A DNA stretch of 64,000 nucleotides, taken from the NCBI RefSeq assembly GCF_006345805.1, contig NC_043020.1, positions 9,424,001 through 9,488,000 on the forward strand. The letters are read 5' to 3'. Positions 38,212 to 51,970 of this stretch are shown here, one piece after another. How positions within the stretch are numbered: the first letter of the stretch is position 1; each line of letters starts with the position of its first letter. A program made the position numbers and the translations under genes. Below the pieces are notes generated by a model. The model did not search any database. It saw nothing but the letters and a program-made list of their open reading frames with translations, and was not told the origin of the DNA. This DNA comes from Octopus sinensis (taxonomy: Eukaryota).

Positions 38212-40823
38212 TCATTGATTACAGATATCATTGTGATGTAGCTTTTTGTTAGAAGGATTACATTTGTGTTTGGTTAAAGATGAATTTTGAGAAAATGATT
38301 TACCGCAGTTATCACAGTGATATGGTTTATCTCCTGTATGAATGTATTTGTGAATAGTTAATGTGTTACTTACAGAGAATGATTTACCACAGATATTACA
38401 CTGGTAAGGTTTTTCACCTGTATGAATGCGGTTGTGCTTAGTGACATCACTATTTTGAGAGAAAGATTTACCACAAATATCGCACTTGTAGGGTCTATCT
38501 CCTGTATGAGTGCGTCTGTGAATTGTTAAGTGAGCTGTTTGAGAGAATGATTTATCACACATCTCACAGTGATATGGTTTCTCACCCGTGTGAGTACGAC
38601 TGTGAACAGTTAAATGACCTGTCTGAGTGAAGGATTTACCGCAGATGTTACAGCGATATGCTTTCTCTCTGGTATGAGATTTATTGTGTCTTGTTAACTG
38701 ACCTTTTTGAGAGAATGATTTACCACAGATATCACAGTGGTACGGTTTTTCCCCTGTATGAATACGTTTGTGAACAGTCAATACGTATCTGTAAGTGAAT
38801 GATTTATCACAGATATCACAGCGAAATACTTTTTGTGTTGCATGAACGTATCTCTTGTGTGTCGTTAACCGACTTGCTTTTGCAAACAACTTGCCGCATA
38901 TGCCACACTCAAATGATTTTCCTTCTGTATGAACATATTTGTGAACAGTCAATGCACTTGCATGAGCAAACGATCTACCGCAGGTATCACAGTGATATGG
39001 TCTTTCACCTGTGTGAATACGCTTGTGACAATTTAACGCACTTCTGTAAGCAAATAATTTACCACAGATGTCACAGTGATACGGTTTCTCCCCAGTATGA
39101 ACACGCCTGTGAAGATTTAGTGAACTGCGATGAATGAACGATTTACCACAGATATCGCAATGATATGGTTTCTCTTTTGTATGAATGCACCTTCTGTGCA
39201 TCGTTAACTGACTCGTTTGAGAGAATGATTTACCACAAATGTCACAGTGATATGGCTTTTCTCCGGAATGAATTCTTTTGTGAACAGTTAACGCACTTGA
39301 AGAAGTGAACGATTTACCACAGATATCACAATGGTGTAGTCTTTCCCCTGTATGAATACGTTTGTGAACAGTTAATGTACATCCATAGCTAAAAGATTTA
39401 CCACAGATATCACACTGATAAGGTTTCTTCCCAGTGTGAATTTGTTTGTGAATAGTTAATGTACTCCCAGAAATGAGTGATTTACCACAGATATCACACT
39501 GATACGGTTTCTTCCCAGTATGAATTTGTTTGTGAATAGTTAATGTACTCCCAGAAATGAATGATTTATCACAGATATCAAAGTGATGTGGTTTTCTTGA
39601 GAATGAGTGTGTTTCTTGTGCAACATTAATTCACTTTCTCCAGGGAATGATTTACCACAGATCGCACAGTGAAATAGCTTGTCTCTCGAATGAATACGTT
39701 TGTGAACAGTTAATGCACTTCCATCAGAGAAAGATTTACCACAGATATCGCAGGTATATGGTTTCTCACCTGTATGCAAGCGTCTCTTGTGTGTTGTTAA
39801 CTGGCTTGTTTGAGTGAATGTTTTGCCACAGATATTGCAGTGGTAAGGCTTCTCCCCTGTATGAATACGTTTGTGAATAGTCAATGTACCTCTACAACCG
39901 AACGACTTACCGCAGCTATCACAGTGATATAATTTCTCTCCTGTGTGAGTATGTTTGTGTTTAGTCAAAGTATTACCATCAACAAATACTTTACCGCAAA
40001 TATCACAGTGATACGGTTTTTCTCCTGTATGAAAACGTTTGTGAACAGTTAATTTACTTTTATAAGTGAATGATTTACTACAAATATCACAGCGATATGG
40101 TTCCTCTCCGGTATGAATACGCTTATGAATTGTTACTGCGCTACCATTACTGAAAGATTTACCACAGATATTGCACTGATATGGCTTCTCTCCTGTATGA
40201 ACACGTCTGTGAGAATTTAAATGAACTTTTTGAAAGAATGACTTACCACAGGTATCACAGTGATACGACTTCTCACCTGTATGAATAATTTTGTGTTTAG
40301 TCAAATTACCTCTGTCAGAGAATGATTCGCCACAAATGTTACACTGATATGGTTTCTCACCTGTATGAATACGTATGTGTCGTGTTAGGCCATTAGTGTG
40401 AGAGAATGATTTACCACAGATATCACAGTGATATGGCCTTTCACCTGTATGTGTTCGTTTGTGACCAGTTAAGTGACCTCTTAGAGAGAACGATTTACCG
40501 CAGATATCACAGCTGTGAGGTCTCTCTCCAGTATGGAGATGTTTGTGAGTAATTAATGTACGTATTCGAGTGAATGATTTACCGCAGATATCACAGCCGT
40601 GTGGCTTCTCTCCCGTATGTAGATATCTATGTTCAGTTAAGTTAAGTTTTAGAGTGAATGATTTACCACAGATATCACAATGATATCGTTTCTTTGCTTT
40701 CTGTTTTTTGTCAATGCATTTATGAGTAGCAAGCTTACATTCCTGAGAGAATGACTTTTTACACCTATCACAATGGTACGATGATTTTCCGGTCGATTTT
40801 GGCAATTCTTCAGGGAAATTCAT
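38212..40823 (-). pseudogene. C2H2 ZNF paralogue B, copy 2; a single 1-bp homopolymer deletion (T5 to T4, 39592-39595), probably a sequencing error
   Basis: Span is 2612 bp versus 2613 bp for the intact copy; ORFs 39540-40823 and 38212-39201. Confidence 0.8.
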
Positions 40824-41145
40824 CCTCCTTCTATATCTTCTTTTCTCAGGACTAGATATGGATTGTTTTTCATTTGTTAATCAAAACTTTATTACTGCAA
40901 TGTACTTTGATAGTTCTTGCAAATTTAAACGGAGCACAAAATCAGCTTTGAAGGTAATGAAGGGAAAAAAAATGTCCCTCTCACAAGAAATATTTCTCAG
41001 TTCTTCAGGATGACATTTTACTAAAATCTTTAAAAAGTTATAAATATTGACGATCTATCTTCGCTGATGCTATCTGGTATTCTGAAATGAGAGAGAAATA
41101 GTTTAAGATATTGAAGATAATTTAAAAAAAAAAAAAGAAATTTAA

Positions 41146-41328
41146 CCCTTTTGTTACCATATTTATTTTGAGATGCTCTGCATTTCTTTCAATTAATTTT
41201 AAATATAACAAAGAATTTAGTAAAATAACTTAGTTATCATTAAGCTAGTGTTAGGAACATAAATTGTGACTAAAGTTTGGTGGCAGATCAGAGCCAGAGG
41301 GGTTTCAGCCAGGTTGGTATCAAAAGGG
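41146..41328. mobile_element. piggyBac-like MITE, absent from unit 1
   Basis: TTAA|CCCTTTT...AAAAGGG; the unit-1 site reads AAATTTAACAGTG (about 19700). Confidence 0.85.
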
Positions 41329-41485
41329 TAACAGTGAAATTTTTGTACAATTCTATATTGATAAATTATAATTTTTACCACCACAACTGAACATTACTTT
41401 TTGCATGTCACATAATTAGATTGGGTAACACTAAACATATTACAATAAACAATAGTGATTATACATTACATCTGGACTAATACCT

Positions 41486-41899
41486 ATTTCTTATTACCCA
41501 CAGAGGCTAAACACAGAGGGGACAAACAAGGACAGACATAGGTATTAAGTCGATTACATCGACCCCAGTGCGTAACTGGTACTTAATTTATCGACCCCGA
41601 AAGGATGAAAGGCAAAGTTGACCTCGGCGGAATTTGAACTCACAACGTAACGGCAGACGAAATACCTATTTCTTTATTACCCACAGGGGCTAAACACAGA
41701 GGGGACAAACAAGGAAAGACATAGGTATTAAGTCGATTACATCGACCCCAATGCGTAACTGGTACTTAATTTATCGATCCCCGAAAGGATGAAAGGCAAA
41801 GTCGACCTCGGCGGAATTTGAACTCAGAACGTAACGGCAGACGAAATACTGCTAAGCATTTCACCCAGCGTGCTAACGTTTCTGCCAGCTCGCCGCCTT
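41486..41899 (-). mobile_element. S2 SINE with two body units, absent from unit 1
   Basis: Duplicated target TCTGGACTAATACCT at 41471-41485 and 41900-41914; single copy at about 20486-20500. Confidence 0.9.
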
Positions 41900-42039
41900 T
41901 CTGGACTAATACCTTCTAGTGGAAATTTACGGATTTTCCATACACACAGGAAGCAGGTAAGAAGAAATATGCAAGGCTTTTTTTTCTCTAAGTTTAAAAT
42001 GTGACATTGTTTTTGTTATATTTACATTCCACACGCATA

Positions 42040-42204
42040 GGCGCAGGAGTGGCTGTGTGGTAAGTAGCTTGCTAACCAACCACATGGTTCCGGGTTCAGT
42101 CCCACTGCGTGGCATCTTGGGCAAGTGTCTTCTGCTATAGCCCCGGGCCGATCAATGCCTTGTGAGTGGATTTGGTAGACGGAAACTGAAAGAAGCCTGT
42201 CGTA

Positions 42205-42257
<53 letters not shown>

Positions 42258-42470
42258 TTGTGTGTCTGTGTTTGTCCCCCTAGCATTGCTTGACAACCGA
42301 TGCTGGTGTGTTTACGTCCCCGTCACTTAGCGGTTCGGCAAAAGAGACCGATAGAATAAGTACTGGACTTACAAAGAATAAGTCCCAGGGTCGATTTGCT
42401 CGATTAAAGGCGGTGCTCCAGCATGGCCGCAGTCAAATGACTGAAACAAGTAAAAGAGTAAAGAGTAAGA
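42040..42470 (+). mobile_element. Full-length S1 SINE, absent from unit 1
   Basis: Flanked by GCATA; the empty site CACGCATAAATAC is at about 20618. Confidence 0.9.
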
Positions 42471-43460
42471 GCATAAATACAGGACAAACACGCACGAACA
42501 CACACACACAGACGTACACCAACTAGCTTACTCTTCCATTTCGACATTTCAAACAGAGAAACAAGCAGGTGACAAGACAATTGGTGCTCACGGAAACTAT
42601 TGGACATTTGTTGATGTTCCTCCTACGCAAAACGAAGAATGGCCAAGCAGGCATTTTATGTAGGCTAATATTAATTTCATTTCGTTTGTAATCTTGATTT
42701 CTTAGTTGATTTCGTATTGATGTTTTCAAAAATACAGATCAGTATATTTATATATATACAGTTATCCTGTACATAAAACTCGGGACATGGAAATTGTTAT
42801 TTATTTGAAGTTCAATATAATTATTATATTCTTGTAGAAAATATCTTTTGCCATTGTCGCTATGAGTTTTTGACATTTCTATAATTACTGCCTAAAGAAA
42901 TATCTTCTCCCACCTTTGATTTTACATCGATATAATTACCTATTTCTTTACTACCCACAAGGGGCTAAACACAGAGGAGACAAACAAGGACAGACAAACG
43001 GATTAAGTCGATTACATCGACTCCAATGCGTAACTGGTACTTATTTAATCGACCCCGAAAGGATGAAAGGCAAAGTCGACCTCGGCGGGATTTGAACTCA
43101 GAACGTATTGGCAGACGAAATACCTATTTCTGTACTACCCACAAGGAGCTAAACACAGAAAGGACAAACAAGGACAGACAAAGGGATTAAGTCGATTATA
43201 TCGACCCCAGTGCGTAACTGGTACTTATTTAATCGACCCCCGAAAGGATGAAAGGCAAAGTCGACCTCGGCGGGATTTGAACTCAGAACGTAGCGGCTAC
43301 GCATTTCGCCCGGCGCGCTAACGCTTCTGCCAGCTCGCCTCCTTCCCTTCCATATAATTACCTGATTATCCTCCAACGCCATTCTTCTCCTCCAGACATT
43401 AAATTCCTGCATTCAAAGAAAGGCAAGAATTCCACCGAAACAAACGTTTAGTCGACTTAC

Positions 43461-43670
43461 CCTTTTCGCATGCAGACAGCGAATCGGTGTGTTGTACGTT
43501 TTTACCAAAGTAAATATCTGTTAGAACGAGGTTTACCAATGTTTTACCAATTTTTCACTCCAGCACCATTCAAAGAGAAACCAATTTCCTTCTTCCATAA
43601 AATCCTAATTTAATACAATGAACGAGTGGAGCTGACTTTATGTCTCCAGCCGCAGTTTCGATGTCGAACG
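43461..43670 (-). promoter_or_regulatory. Predicted leader exon of ZNF-B2 (intron 41082-43460)
   Basis: Near-identical to 22001-22210. Confidence 0.65.
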
Positions 43671-46654
43671 TTACAACTTCAGTGGTTACGTCCCCTTGCA
43701 GATACTTAAAAGTCACAGGAGTGAACTGGATGTTGCGAGTGGTGAAGCGATTTTTCGTAGATAAAGTATTCATATCAGACTAGCATTAGGACCCGTCGTT
43801 GCCGGATCATAGTGCTAGTGCATGTATATATATATATATATATACTCTCTTTTACTTGTTTCAGTCATTTGACTGCGGCCATGCTGGAGCACCGCCTTTA
43901 GTCGAGCAAATCGACCCCGGGACTTATTCTTTGTAAGCCCAGTACTTATTCTATCGGTCTCTTTTGGCGAACCGCTAAGTGACGGGGACGTAAACACACC
44001 AGCATCGGTTGTCAAGCAATGCTAGAGGGACAAACACAGACATGACAGGCTTCTTTCAGTTTCCGTCTACCAAATCCACTCACAAGGCATTGGTCGGCCC
44101 AGGGCTATAGCAGAAGACACTTGCCCAAGGTGCCACGCAGTGGGACTGAACCTGGAACCATGTGGTTGCTTAGCAAGCTACTTACCACACAGCCACTCCT
44201 GCGCCTGTATGTGTACATATTACGTGTACATCTATATATATACATCTACACATAAAATACAAAATTATATCTTGATATCGCTAGTGATAACAATACTCAA
44301 AACATATAAGACTGGAATTGTAGGCCCGTTTCTTGCAATTTCGATCAATTGTATCTTGTCCTCCCTCTTGTATAGAAGTGTGGATACAATCCAGCCTACC
44401 TCTACTTCTGGGGGAAGATTTTAAATTTTTATCCGGGACGTCCTACGTCCCATATATAAAAGTAAAAATAAAATATTTCCACTTTGCATGGTTCAAGTCG
44501 AGTACTCCCTTGCACGCTCTGTTGACTCGAACCTTGCTTCTATTGTGGCTAATTTACCGCCTCTGGTTAGATATCTTTCATAGTCACACCAAGACACTTT
44601 TCAATGGTGCTTTCCTCCAGATGTTCAAATCTTTTTTTTCTCTACATTGTATACTTTATAGACAATAGTCTTCCCTTTAATTTAATTTTTTATTTCGTTT
44701 GGTGGTGTTATCCTAGATTCACCGTCTTTGTCGATGATCAATCCCAAATAGGTTTGTATTTCTTCCATTTTAATTTTAATGAGTTCGCGCCCGCTGATGG
44801 CTGTAGTGAAATTCATTTTTGGACTTTCTTCTATCGAAAGCATTCTAACAAAAATGCAGCCATGTAAACGGTGAAAATATTGTCAATTTCCCCAAACAGG
44901 GACACAATTCAATTTTTAAACAATAACCAAAGCTCCTTCTTCCAAAGGGGGAGGGTTACAGTTTACAATTATTTAACAAATGCAACACAACGTTTCCCTT
45001 ACGAGAAACCAACAAACGTGATAACAATAGTTAAACAGTAATAATAATAACAACAAACCTTACGGTGAATCAAAAAGCAGTACGCAGTTTATTTACAAGG
45101 CTTTGGTTGGCTTGGAGGATACAACAGAATTCACTTGGCCAAAGTGTTGTGCGGTGTGACTGAACCTGGGACCACATGGTGGTGAAGTAAACATCTTAAC
45201 CACACAACCATGCACTCCTGTGCATATATGCACACAAATACAATGGGCCTCCAACAGCTTCTGTACATGAAATTGAATCATCAGGTATCACTAAGCTCAG
45301 GATTCTTAAATCCTGGCCGATGCCAGCTCCGCCTCGACTGGTTTCCGTGTCGGTGGCACGTAAAAAGCACCATCCGGATCGTGGCCGAAGCCAGTGCTGC
45401 CTCAACTGGCTTCCGTGCAGGTGGCACGTAAAATGCACCAATCCGACCGTGGCCGAAGCCAGCCTTGCCTGGCACCAGTGCAGGTGGCACGTAAAAAGCA
45501 CCCACTACACTCACGGAGTGGTTGGCGTTAGGAAGGGCATCCAGCTGTAGAAACACTGCCAGATAAGACCGGAGCCTGGTGCAGCCTTCTGGCTTCCCAG
45601 ATCCCTGGTCGAACCGTCCAACCCATGCCAGCATGGAGAACGGACGTTAAACGATGATGATGATGATGATGATGAATATAAAGGGTTAAGCTGTCTACAG
45701 AGATTTACACGGAAAATGTGAAAGCAATTGTTATAGATAAAGAGAGGGATAACAGGTTAAAGGGAATATTTAGAAGGGATATTGATCCACCGGGAGTTGT
45801 GGTGGAGTTTGATGGCCTGCTGCCAGTGATGGAATATAGAGAATTAGAACCATACTCTCTTTCTCTTTTACTTGTTTCAGTCATTCGACTGCGGCCATGC
45901 TGGAGCACTGCCTTCAGTCGAGCAAATCGACCCCGGGACTTATTCTTTGTAAGCCCAGTATTTATTCTATCGGTCTCTTTTGCTGAACCGCTAAGTGACG
46001 GGGACGTAAACACACCAGCATCGGTTGTCAAGCAATGCTTGGGGGACAAACACAAACACACACACACATATATATGTATACATATATACGACAGGCTTCT
46101 TTCAGTTTCCGTCTACCAGATCCACTCACAAGGCATTGGTCGGCCCGGGGCTATAGCGGAAGACAGTTGCCCAAGGTGCCACGCAGTGGGACTGAACCCG
46201 GAACCATGTGGTTGGTAAGCAAGCTACTTACCACACAGCCACTCCTGCACCATATATGAACTATTAAAAAAAAGAGGAAGTAAAATTGCTTTTTAAAAAA
46301 AAAATGATGCTAATAGGAAAAAAAAAAACAAAAGGAATAAAAGAAATGATTATAAACTCAGTAAAAACATTCAAATGGCACTGCATGAGAGTGGGGCTCA
46401 TGCAGCCATTTCATCATTTATTATATAACATTTTTCTCACTTTTATTGTGGATTTGTATAAAGGACACACACGCAAACATTTTACCGTTTATATATATAG
46501 AGAGATTAGCAAAAGAGAGAGTCTGTTATGTTGCTGGCAACATTAGAGTGTTGCTGTTTCTGTTCATATACCACTCACTTCATACAGTTGATGTTTCTTA
46601 GCAGGTAAGTCCTTTGTTACAGAGAATGATTTTTTCACAGGTATCACAGTGATA

Positions 46655-49225
46655 TCATTTTCCTTTGGAATGAATCTTTTTGTGTCTTGTCAAATCACTT
46701 TTTTGCAAAAACGATTTACCACAGATTTCACAGCGATGCGGTTTTCTTCCCGTGTGAATGTATTTGTGAGTCGTTAAATTACTACTTCCAGAGAATGACT
46801 TACCACAGATATTACACTGATATGGTTTTTCACCTGTGTGCATGCGTTTGTGTTTAGTCACATCACTGTTTTGGAAAAACGATTTACCGCAAATATCACA
46901 TTCATATGGTTTATCTCCTGTGTGAATACGTCTGTGACTGGTTAAATGAGCTGTTTGGGAGAATGTTTTACCACAGATATCACACTCATACGGTTTGTCT
47001 CCTGTATGAATACGTTTATGACTAGTTAAATGACCTGTCTGAGAGAAAGATTTCCCACAGATATCGCAATGATATGGTTTCTCTCCAGTATGAGTGTATT
47101 TGTGTTTCGTTAAATGACATCTTTCGGAGAACGATTCACCGCAGATATTACAGTGATATGGCTTCTCACCTGTATGTACACGCATGTGCCTAGTTAGGCC
47201 ATACCTTTGGGAGAAGGATTTACCACAGACACTACAATGATATGGCCTTTCTCCTGAGTGAATACGCTTGTGAGCAGTTAAAGCTCTTCCAGAGGTGAAT
47301 GATTTACTGCAAGTATTACAGTGATATGGTTTCTCTCCTCTGTGGGAATGTTTGTGAGCATTTAAAGAACCTGCTCGGGAGAATGATTTACCACAGATAT
47401 CACAGTGATATGATTTCTCTCCTGTATGAATGCGTTTATTGTGGATTGTCAAGTAACTACTTTGAGAGAATGATTTACCACAGGTATCACAGCGATATGG
47501 TTTTTCCCCTGTATGAATACGTTTGTGAACTGTCAATGTACCTCTATAACTGAATGATTTACCACATATATCACAGTGATACGGCTTCTCTCCTGTATGA
47601 ACACGTTTGTGAACGGTCACTGCACTTCCATCTGCAAAAGACTTACCACAAATATCGCAATGATATGGTTTCTCTCCTGTATGAACATGTTTGTGCTTAG
47701 TTAACGCACTCCCATCAGTAAATGATTTACCACAGATATCACAATGATATGGTTTCTCTCCTGTATGTATGTATCTATGTTCATTTAACTTACTTCTTGC
47801 AGAGAAGGATTTACCACAGATATCACAGTGATATGGCTTTTCCCCTGTATGAATACGTTTGTGAAGAGTTAATGTACCTCCGTAAGTGAATGATTTACCA
47901 CAGACATCACAATGATACGGCTTCTCACCTGAATGTATGTGTTTGTGCCTAGTTAACACACCTCCATCAGTGAAGGACTTACCACAGACATCACAATGAT
48001 ATGGTTTTTCACCTGTATGAATACGTCTGTGACTGGTTAAGCGTATTTTCCCGGAGCATGATTTCCCACAGATATCACACTGATACGAATTTTCTCCAGT
48101 GTGAATGCGTTTGTGATTAATTAGGGTACGAACTACAGAGAATGATTTATCACATATGTCACAGCGATATGGCTTCACACCTGAATGAATACGTCTGTGA
48201 TGCATAATCAAGTAGGTTCTTTGAGAGAATGATTTGCCACAGATATCACAGTGGTAAGTTTTGCCTCCTGTATGAATACGTTTGTGAACAGTTAACGTAC
48301 TGCCATCAGTGAATGATTTACCACAGACGTCACACCGATATGGTTTCTCTCCTGTATGAATACGTATATGAGCAGTTAGGGCACTTCCCTTAGTGAATGA
48401 TTTACCACAGATATCACAGTGAAATGGTTTCTCTTTCGCATGAACACCCCTTTTGTGTACATTCAAGTGACTTGTTCTAGAGAAAGATTTACCACAAATA
48501 TCACAGTGATACGGTTTTTCCCCAGTATGAACACGCTTATGAACAGTTAACGAACACCCGTAGGTGAATGATTTACCACAGACATCACACTGATATGGTT
48601 TCTCACCTGAGTGAATGAGTTTGTGTTTGTTTAAGGTGTTTCCATCAGCATATGATTTCCCACAGATGTCACAGTGAAACGGTTTCTCCCCAGTATGAAT
48701 ACGCTTGTGAGAAGTGAAATGAACTTTTTGAAAGAATGATTTCCCGCAGATATCACAGTGATACGACTTCTCACCTGTATGAATGTATTTGTGTTTAGTC
48801 AAATTACCCCTTTCAGAGAACGACTCACCACAGATATTACACTGATATGGTTTCTCTCCTGTGTGAATACGTATGTGGCTAGTTAGGCCATCACTTCGAG
48901 AGAATGATTTACCACAGATATCGCAATGATATGGTTTTTCCCCAGTATGAATGCGCCTGTGACCAGCTAAGTGGCCTCTTACAGAGAATGATTTACCACA
49001 GATATCACATTCATATGGTTTTTCTCCTGTATGAATGCGTTTATGAATAGTTAAGGTATGTATTCGCGAGAAAGATTTACCACAGGTCTCACAGTTATGT
49101 GGTTTCTCCCCTGTGTGAACACGTTTATGTTTAGTAAGGCTACTTTTTAGAGGGAATGTTTTTTGACAGATATTACAGGGGTATGACAATATTACTTCTT
49201 CCTTTGGCAATTCTTCAGAATTCAT
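46655..49225 (-). CDS. C2H2 zinc-finger protein, paralogue C (856 aa, 30 fingers)
   Basis: Uninterrupted ORF: a 15-aa leader ([15 protein letters not shown]), then 30 tandem fingers with TGEKP-type linkers. Confidence 0.95.
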   Translation of the reverse strand: MNSEELPKEEVILSYPCNICQKTFPLKSSLTKHKRVHTGEKPHNCETCGKSFSRIHTLTIHKRIHTGEKPYECDICGKSFSVRGHLAGHRRIHTGEKPYHCDICGKSFSRSDGLTSHIRIHTGEKPYQCNICGESFSERGNLTKHKYIHTGEKSYHCDICGKSFFQKVHFTSHKRIHTGEKPFHCDICGKSYADGNTLNKHKLIHSGEKPYQCDVCGKSFTYGCSLTVHKRVHTGEKPYHCDICGKSFSRTSHLNVHKRGVHAKEKPFHCDICGKSFTKGSALTAHIRIHTGEKPYRCDVCGKSFTDGSTLTVHKRIHTGGKTYHCDICGKSFSQRTYLIMHHRRIHSGVKPYRCDICDKSFSVVRTLINHKRIHTGENSYQCDICGKSCSGKIRLTSHRRIHTGEKPYHCDVCGKSFTDGGVLTRHKHIHSGEKPYHCDVCGKSFTYGGTLTLHKRIHTGEKPYHCDICGKSFSARSKLNEHRYIHTGEKPYHCDICGKSFTDGSALTKHKHVHTGEKPYHCDICGKSFADGSAVTVHKRVHTGEKPYHCDICGKSFSYRGTLTVHKRIHTGEKPYRCDTCGKSFSQSSYLTIHNKRIHTGEKSYHCDICGKSFSRAGSLNAHKHSHRGEKPYHCNTCSKSFTSGRALTAHKRIHSGERPYHCSVCGKSFSQRYGLTRHMRVHTGEKPYHCNICGESFSERCHLTKHKYTHTGEKPYHCDICGKSFSQTGHLTSHKRIHTGDKPYECDICGKTFSQTAHLTSHRRIHTGDKPYECDICGKSFFQNSDVTKHKRMHTGEKPYQCNICGKSFSGSSNLTTHKYIHTGRKPHRCEICGKSFLQKSDLTRHKKIHSKGK

Positions 49226-50966
49226 TTTTCTGAATTTTTTTTTTTTTTGCTCACAACAAATATGGTATTTCGTCTGTCTTTACATTCTGAGTTCAAATTT
49301 CACCAAGATCAACTTTGCCTTTCATCCTTTCAGGGTCGATAAATTAAGTACCAGTTCTGTACTGGGGTCGATCTAATTGACTGCACTCTCCCCAAAGATT
49401 TCGGGCCTTGTGCCTAGAGTAGAAAAAATATGGTATTTCGTCTGTCTTTACATTTTGAGTTCAAATTTCACCAAGATCAACTTCGCCTTTCATCCTTTCA
49501 GGGTCGATAAATTAAGTACCAGTTCTGTACTGGGGTCGATCTAATTGACTGCACTCTCCCCAAAAATTTCGGGCCTTGTGGCCAGAGTAGAAAAGAATAT
49601 TTCCAGGGTAGCAAATGCTTTAGTAAATCTGTCCAAATTTAATTGGAATGCAAAACCATCTCATAAGCTTTTTAGAGATGAAAGAGAAATGTCTCGCTCA
49701 GAAGAAGCAACTCTCAGTAACTCAAAGATAAATTCATAGAAACAGTGTGTTGAAACTCTTCTGCATAACATCTTCCTTTAGTTGTAAATGACGATATATA
49801 TTGATGATGCATCTTTCATGGCAACGTCATCTGGTATTCTGAAACGACAGAGAAATAGTTTGAGATATTGAAGATAATTAAAAAGAAGAGATTCTACAGA
49901 GAAAATTTTCCTACAATTCTATACTCTTTACTCTCTTTTACTTGTTTCAGTCATTTGACTGCGGCCATGCTGGAGCACCGCCTTTAATAGGGCAACTCGA
50001 CCCCGGGAATTATTCTTTGTAAGCCCAGTACTTATTCTATCGGTCTCTTTTGCCAAACCTATTTCTTTATTACCCACAAGGGGCTAAACATAGAGGGGAC
50101 AGACATAGGTATTAAGTCGATTATATTGACCCCAGTGCTTAACTGGTACTTAATTTATCGACCCCGAAAGGATGAAAGGCAAAGTCGACCTCGGCGGAAT
50201 TTGAACTCAGAACGTAACGGCAGCCGAAATAACGCTAAGCATTTCGCCCGATGTGCTAACGATTCTGCCAGCTTGCTGCCAAACCGCTAAGTAACGGGGA
50301 CATAAACACATCAGCATCGGTTGTCAAGCAGTCTGGACCAGTGCCTTTGATTGTTGTTTGTTCCTTCTCAAGCCATGCCTGGCTCCTAAGGGCCGATTTC
50401 CCACCTGGACGAGACGCTGGTCCGTCGCAGGAGAGCTGCAAGAAGCAGGAGGAAAGAATGAAAGTTGTGGCGGAAGAGTCAGCAGAAGTTCACCATTACC
50501 TTCTGCCGGAGCCGCGTGGAGCTTAGGTGTTTCGCTCATAAACACACACATTATCCTCATTCCTCTTCTCACCTTGCACCCCCAGAGGCGCATTGTTGTT
50601 TTGTCCCCAAGTCAGCCCTAACTGACGAGACTAATAATCAAAGTGAAGTTGTTTTCACAGATTTTACGAATTGTATAACAGATCAAAAAGAAACAATATG
50701 GATGAATGAAGGGCGGAGGTAAAAAATACGCACACCACCTGTTTTCGGCGTTTAGGGTTAGGGTTACGCCGAAAACGGGTGGTATGCGTATTCGTTACAT
50801 TCGCCGAATGATGACCGGACAAAGGGACGAAACATTATTTCTTAAAAAAAGGCAACCTAATCAATAACTGTATACATTTTTGGGAAGAAATAATGTCACT
50901 AAAATGTCTATGGTAGATAAGTCTTTACAGGAAATACATATTTAGTCACAGACAGGAGAGAAGTCG

Positions 50967-51640
50967 GGTACTATTTAAGAAGAGTGGTCCAGGTGCGCGA
51001 ACTCGAGTACTCGCACTAGCTAGTCATGATAGGTCGATCCTTACTTTGTGTTTGTGTAAAAAAATTATTTATTTTGTGTTTTATTTACTTTGCTAGGGAG
51101 TCGTTGTAGGGATCGACTAGTCACGACTAGCTAGAGGGGATGCGCGAGTACGCGAGTGCGCGCACCGGGACCACTCTTTTTAAATAGTATGGAGAAGTAT
51201 CAATCATGTATGCGGAAAATCATTTCACATGCTTTAGCAGTCTTTCTTAACTTCATCGATCGTTGAGAGTTTTAAGAAAATATATTAAATGCAGAATCTT
51301 TCTTACAACGGTCTTTCAACGGCCTTGTATTCAAGACCATTAATATGCAAACAAAACGGGTACTATTTTAAAAAGAGTGCTCCCGGTTCGCGCACTCGCA
51401 CTCGCGTATCTACGCTAGCTAGTCGTGACTAGTCGATCCTTACTTTTGTGTTTTGTGTTTTATTTACTGTTTAACAAAAATTATTTACTTTGTGTAAAAA
51501 AAAAAAAAATATTTATTTTGTGTTTTATCTACTTTGCAAGGTAAGTCGTTGTAGGATCGACTAGTCACGACTAGCTAGCTAGCTAGCGCGACTACGCGAG
51601 TGCGCGCACCGGGACGGGACCACTCTTCTTAAATAGTACC
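50967..51640. mobile_element. Pair of Mutator-like MITEs (50967-51191 and 51359-51640)
   Basis: Perfect 9-bp TSD AACAAAACG at 51350-51358 and 51641-51649. Confidence 0.85.
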
Positions 51641-51819
51641 AACAAAACGTGAAGCATATATCGCAATATCCATAAGATCCCATTCCCCCCTCCTTTCTTC
51701 CCTTTAAGTTTTCATACATACATTCTTTTTTTTACATAATTACAACAGCATCCAAGTGAACCACGATTCCCCTATCTATATACATTATTACAGCATTAAA
51801 CAAACGTTGTTCAACTTAC

Positions 51820-51970
51820 TTTTTTTCCGAAGAAATGATTTCATTGTTAGATTGAGGTCTACAAATGGTTTTAACCAATTAATGCGACATAAGAGCTTAA
51901 TTAGATATTCCTGGTTTATCACACGGAAGAAGTGAAGCTGACTGTAAGACTGTAGCCGCTGTTTCGTTAT
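51820..51970 (-). promoter_or_regulatory. Predicted leader exon of ZNF-C2 (intron 49839-51819)
   Basis: Copy of 30359-30510. Confidence 0.55.

Noticed and set aside
42205-42265. (TA)n(TG)n microsatellites (also 63710-63770)
   Set aside because: They are an integral variable middle of SINE S1, not independent features.
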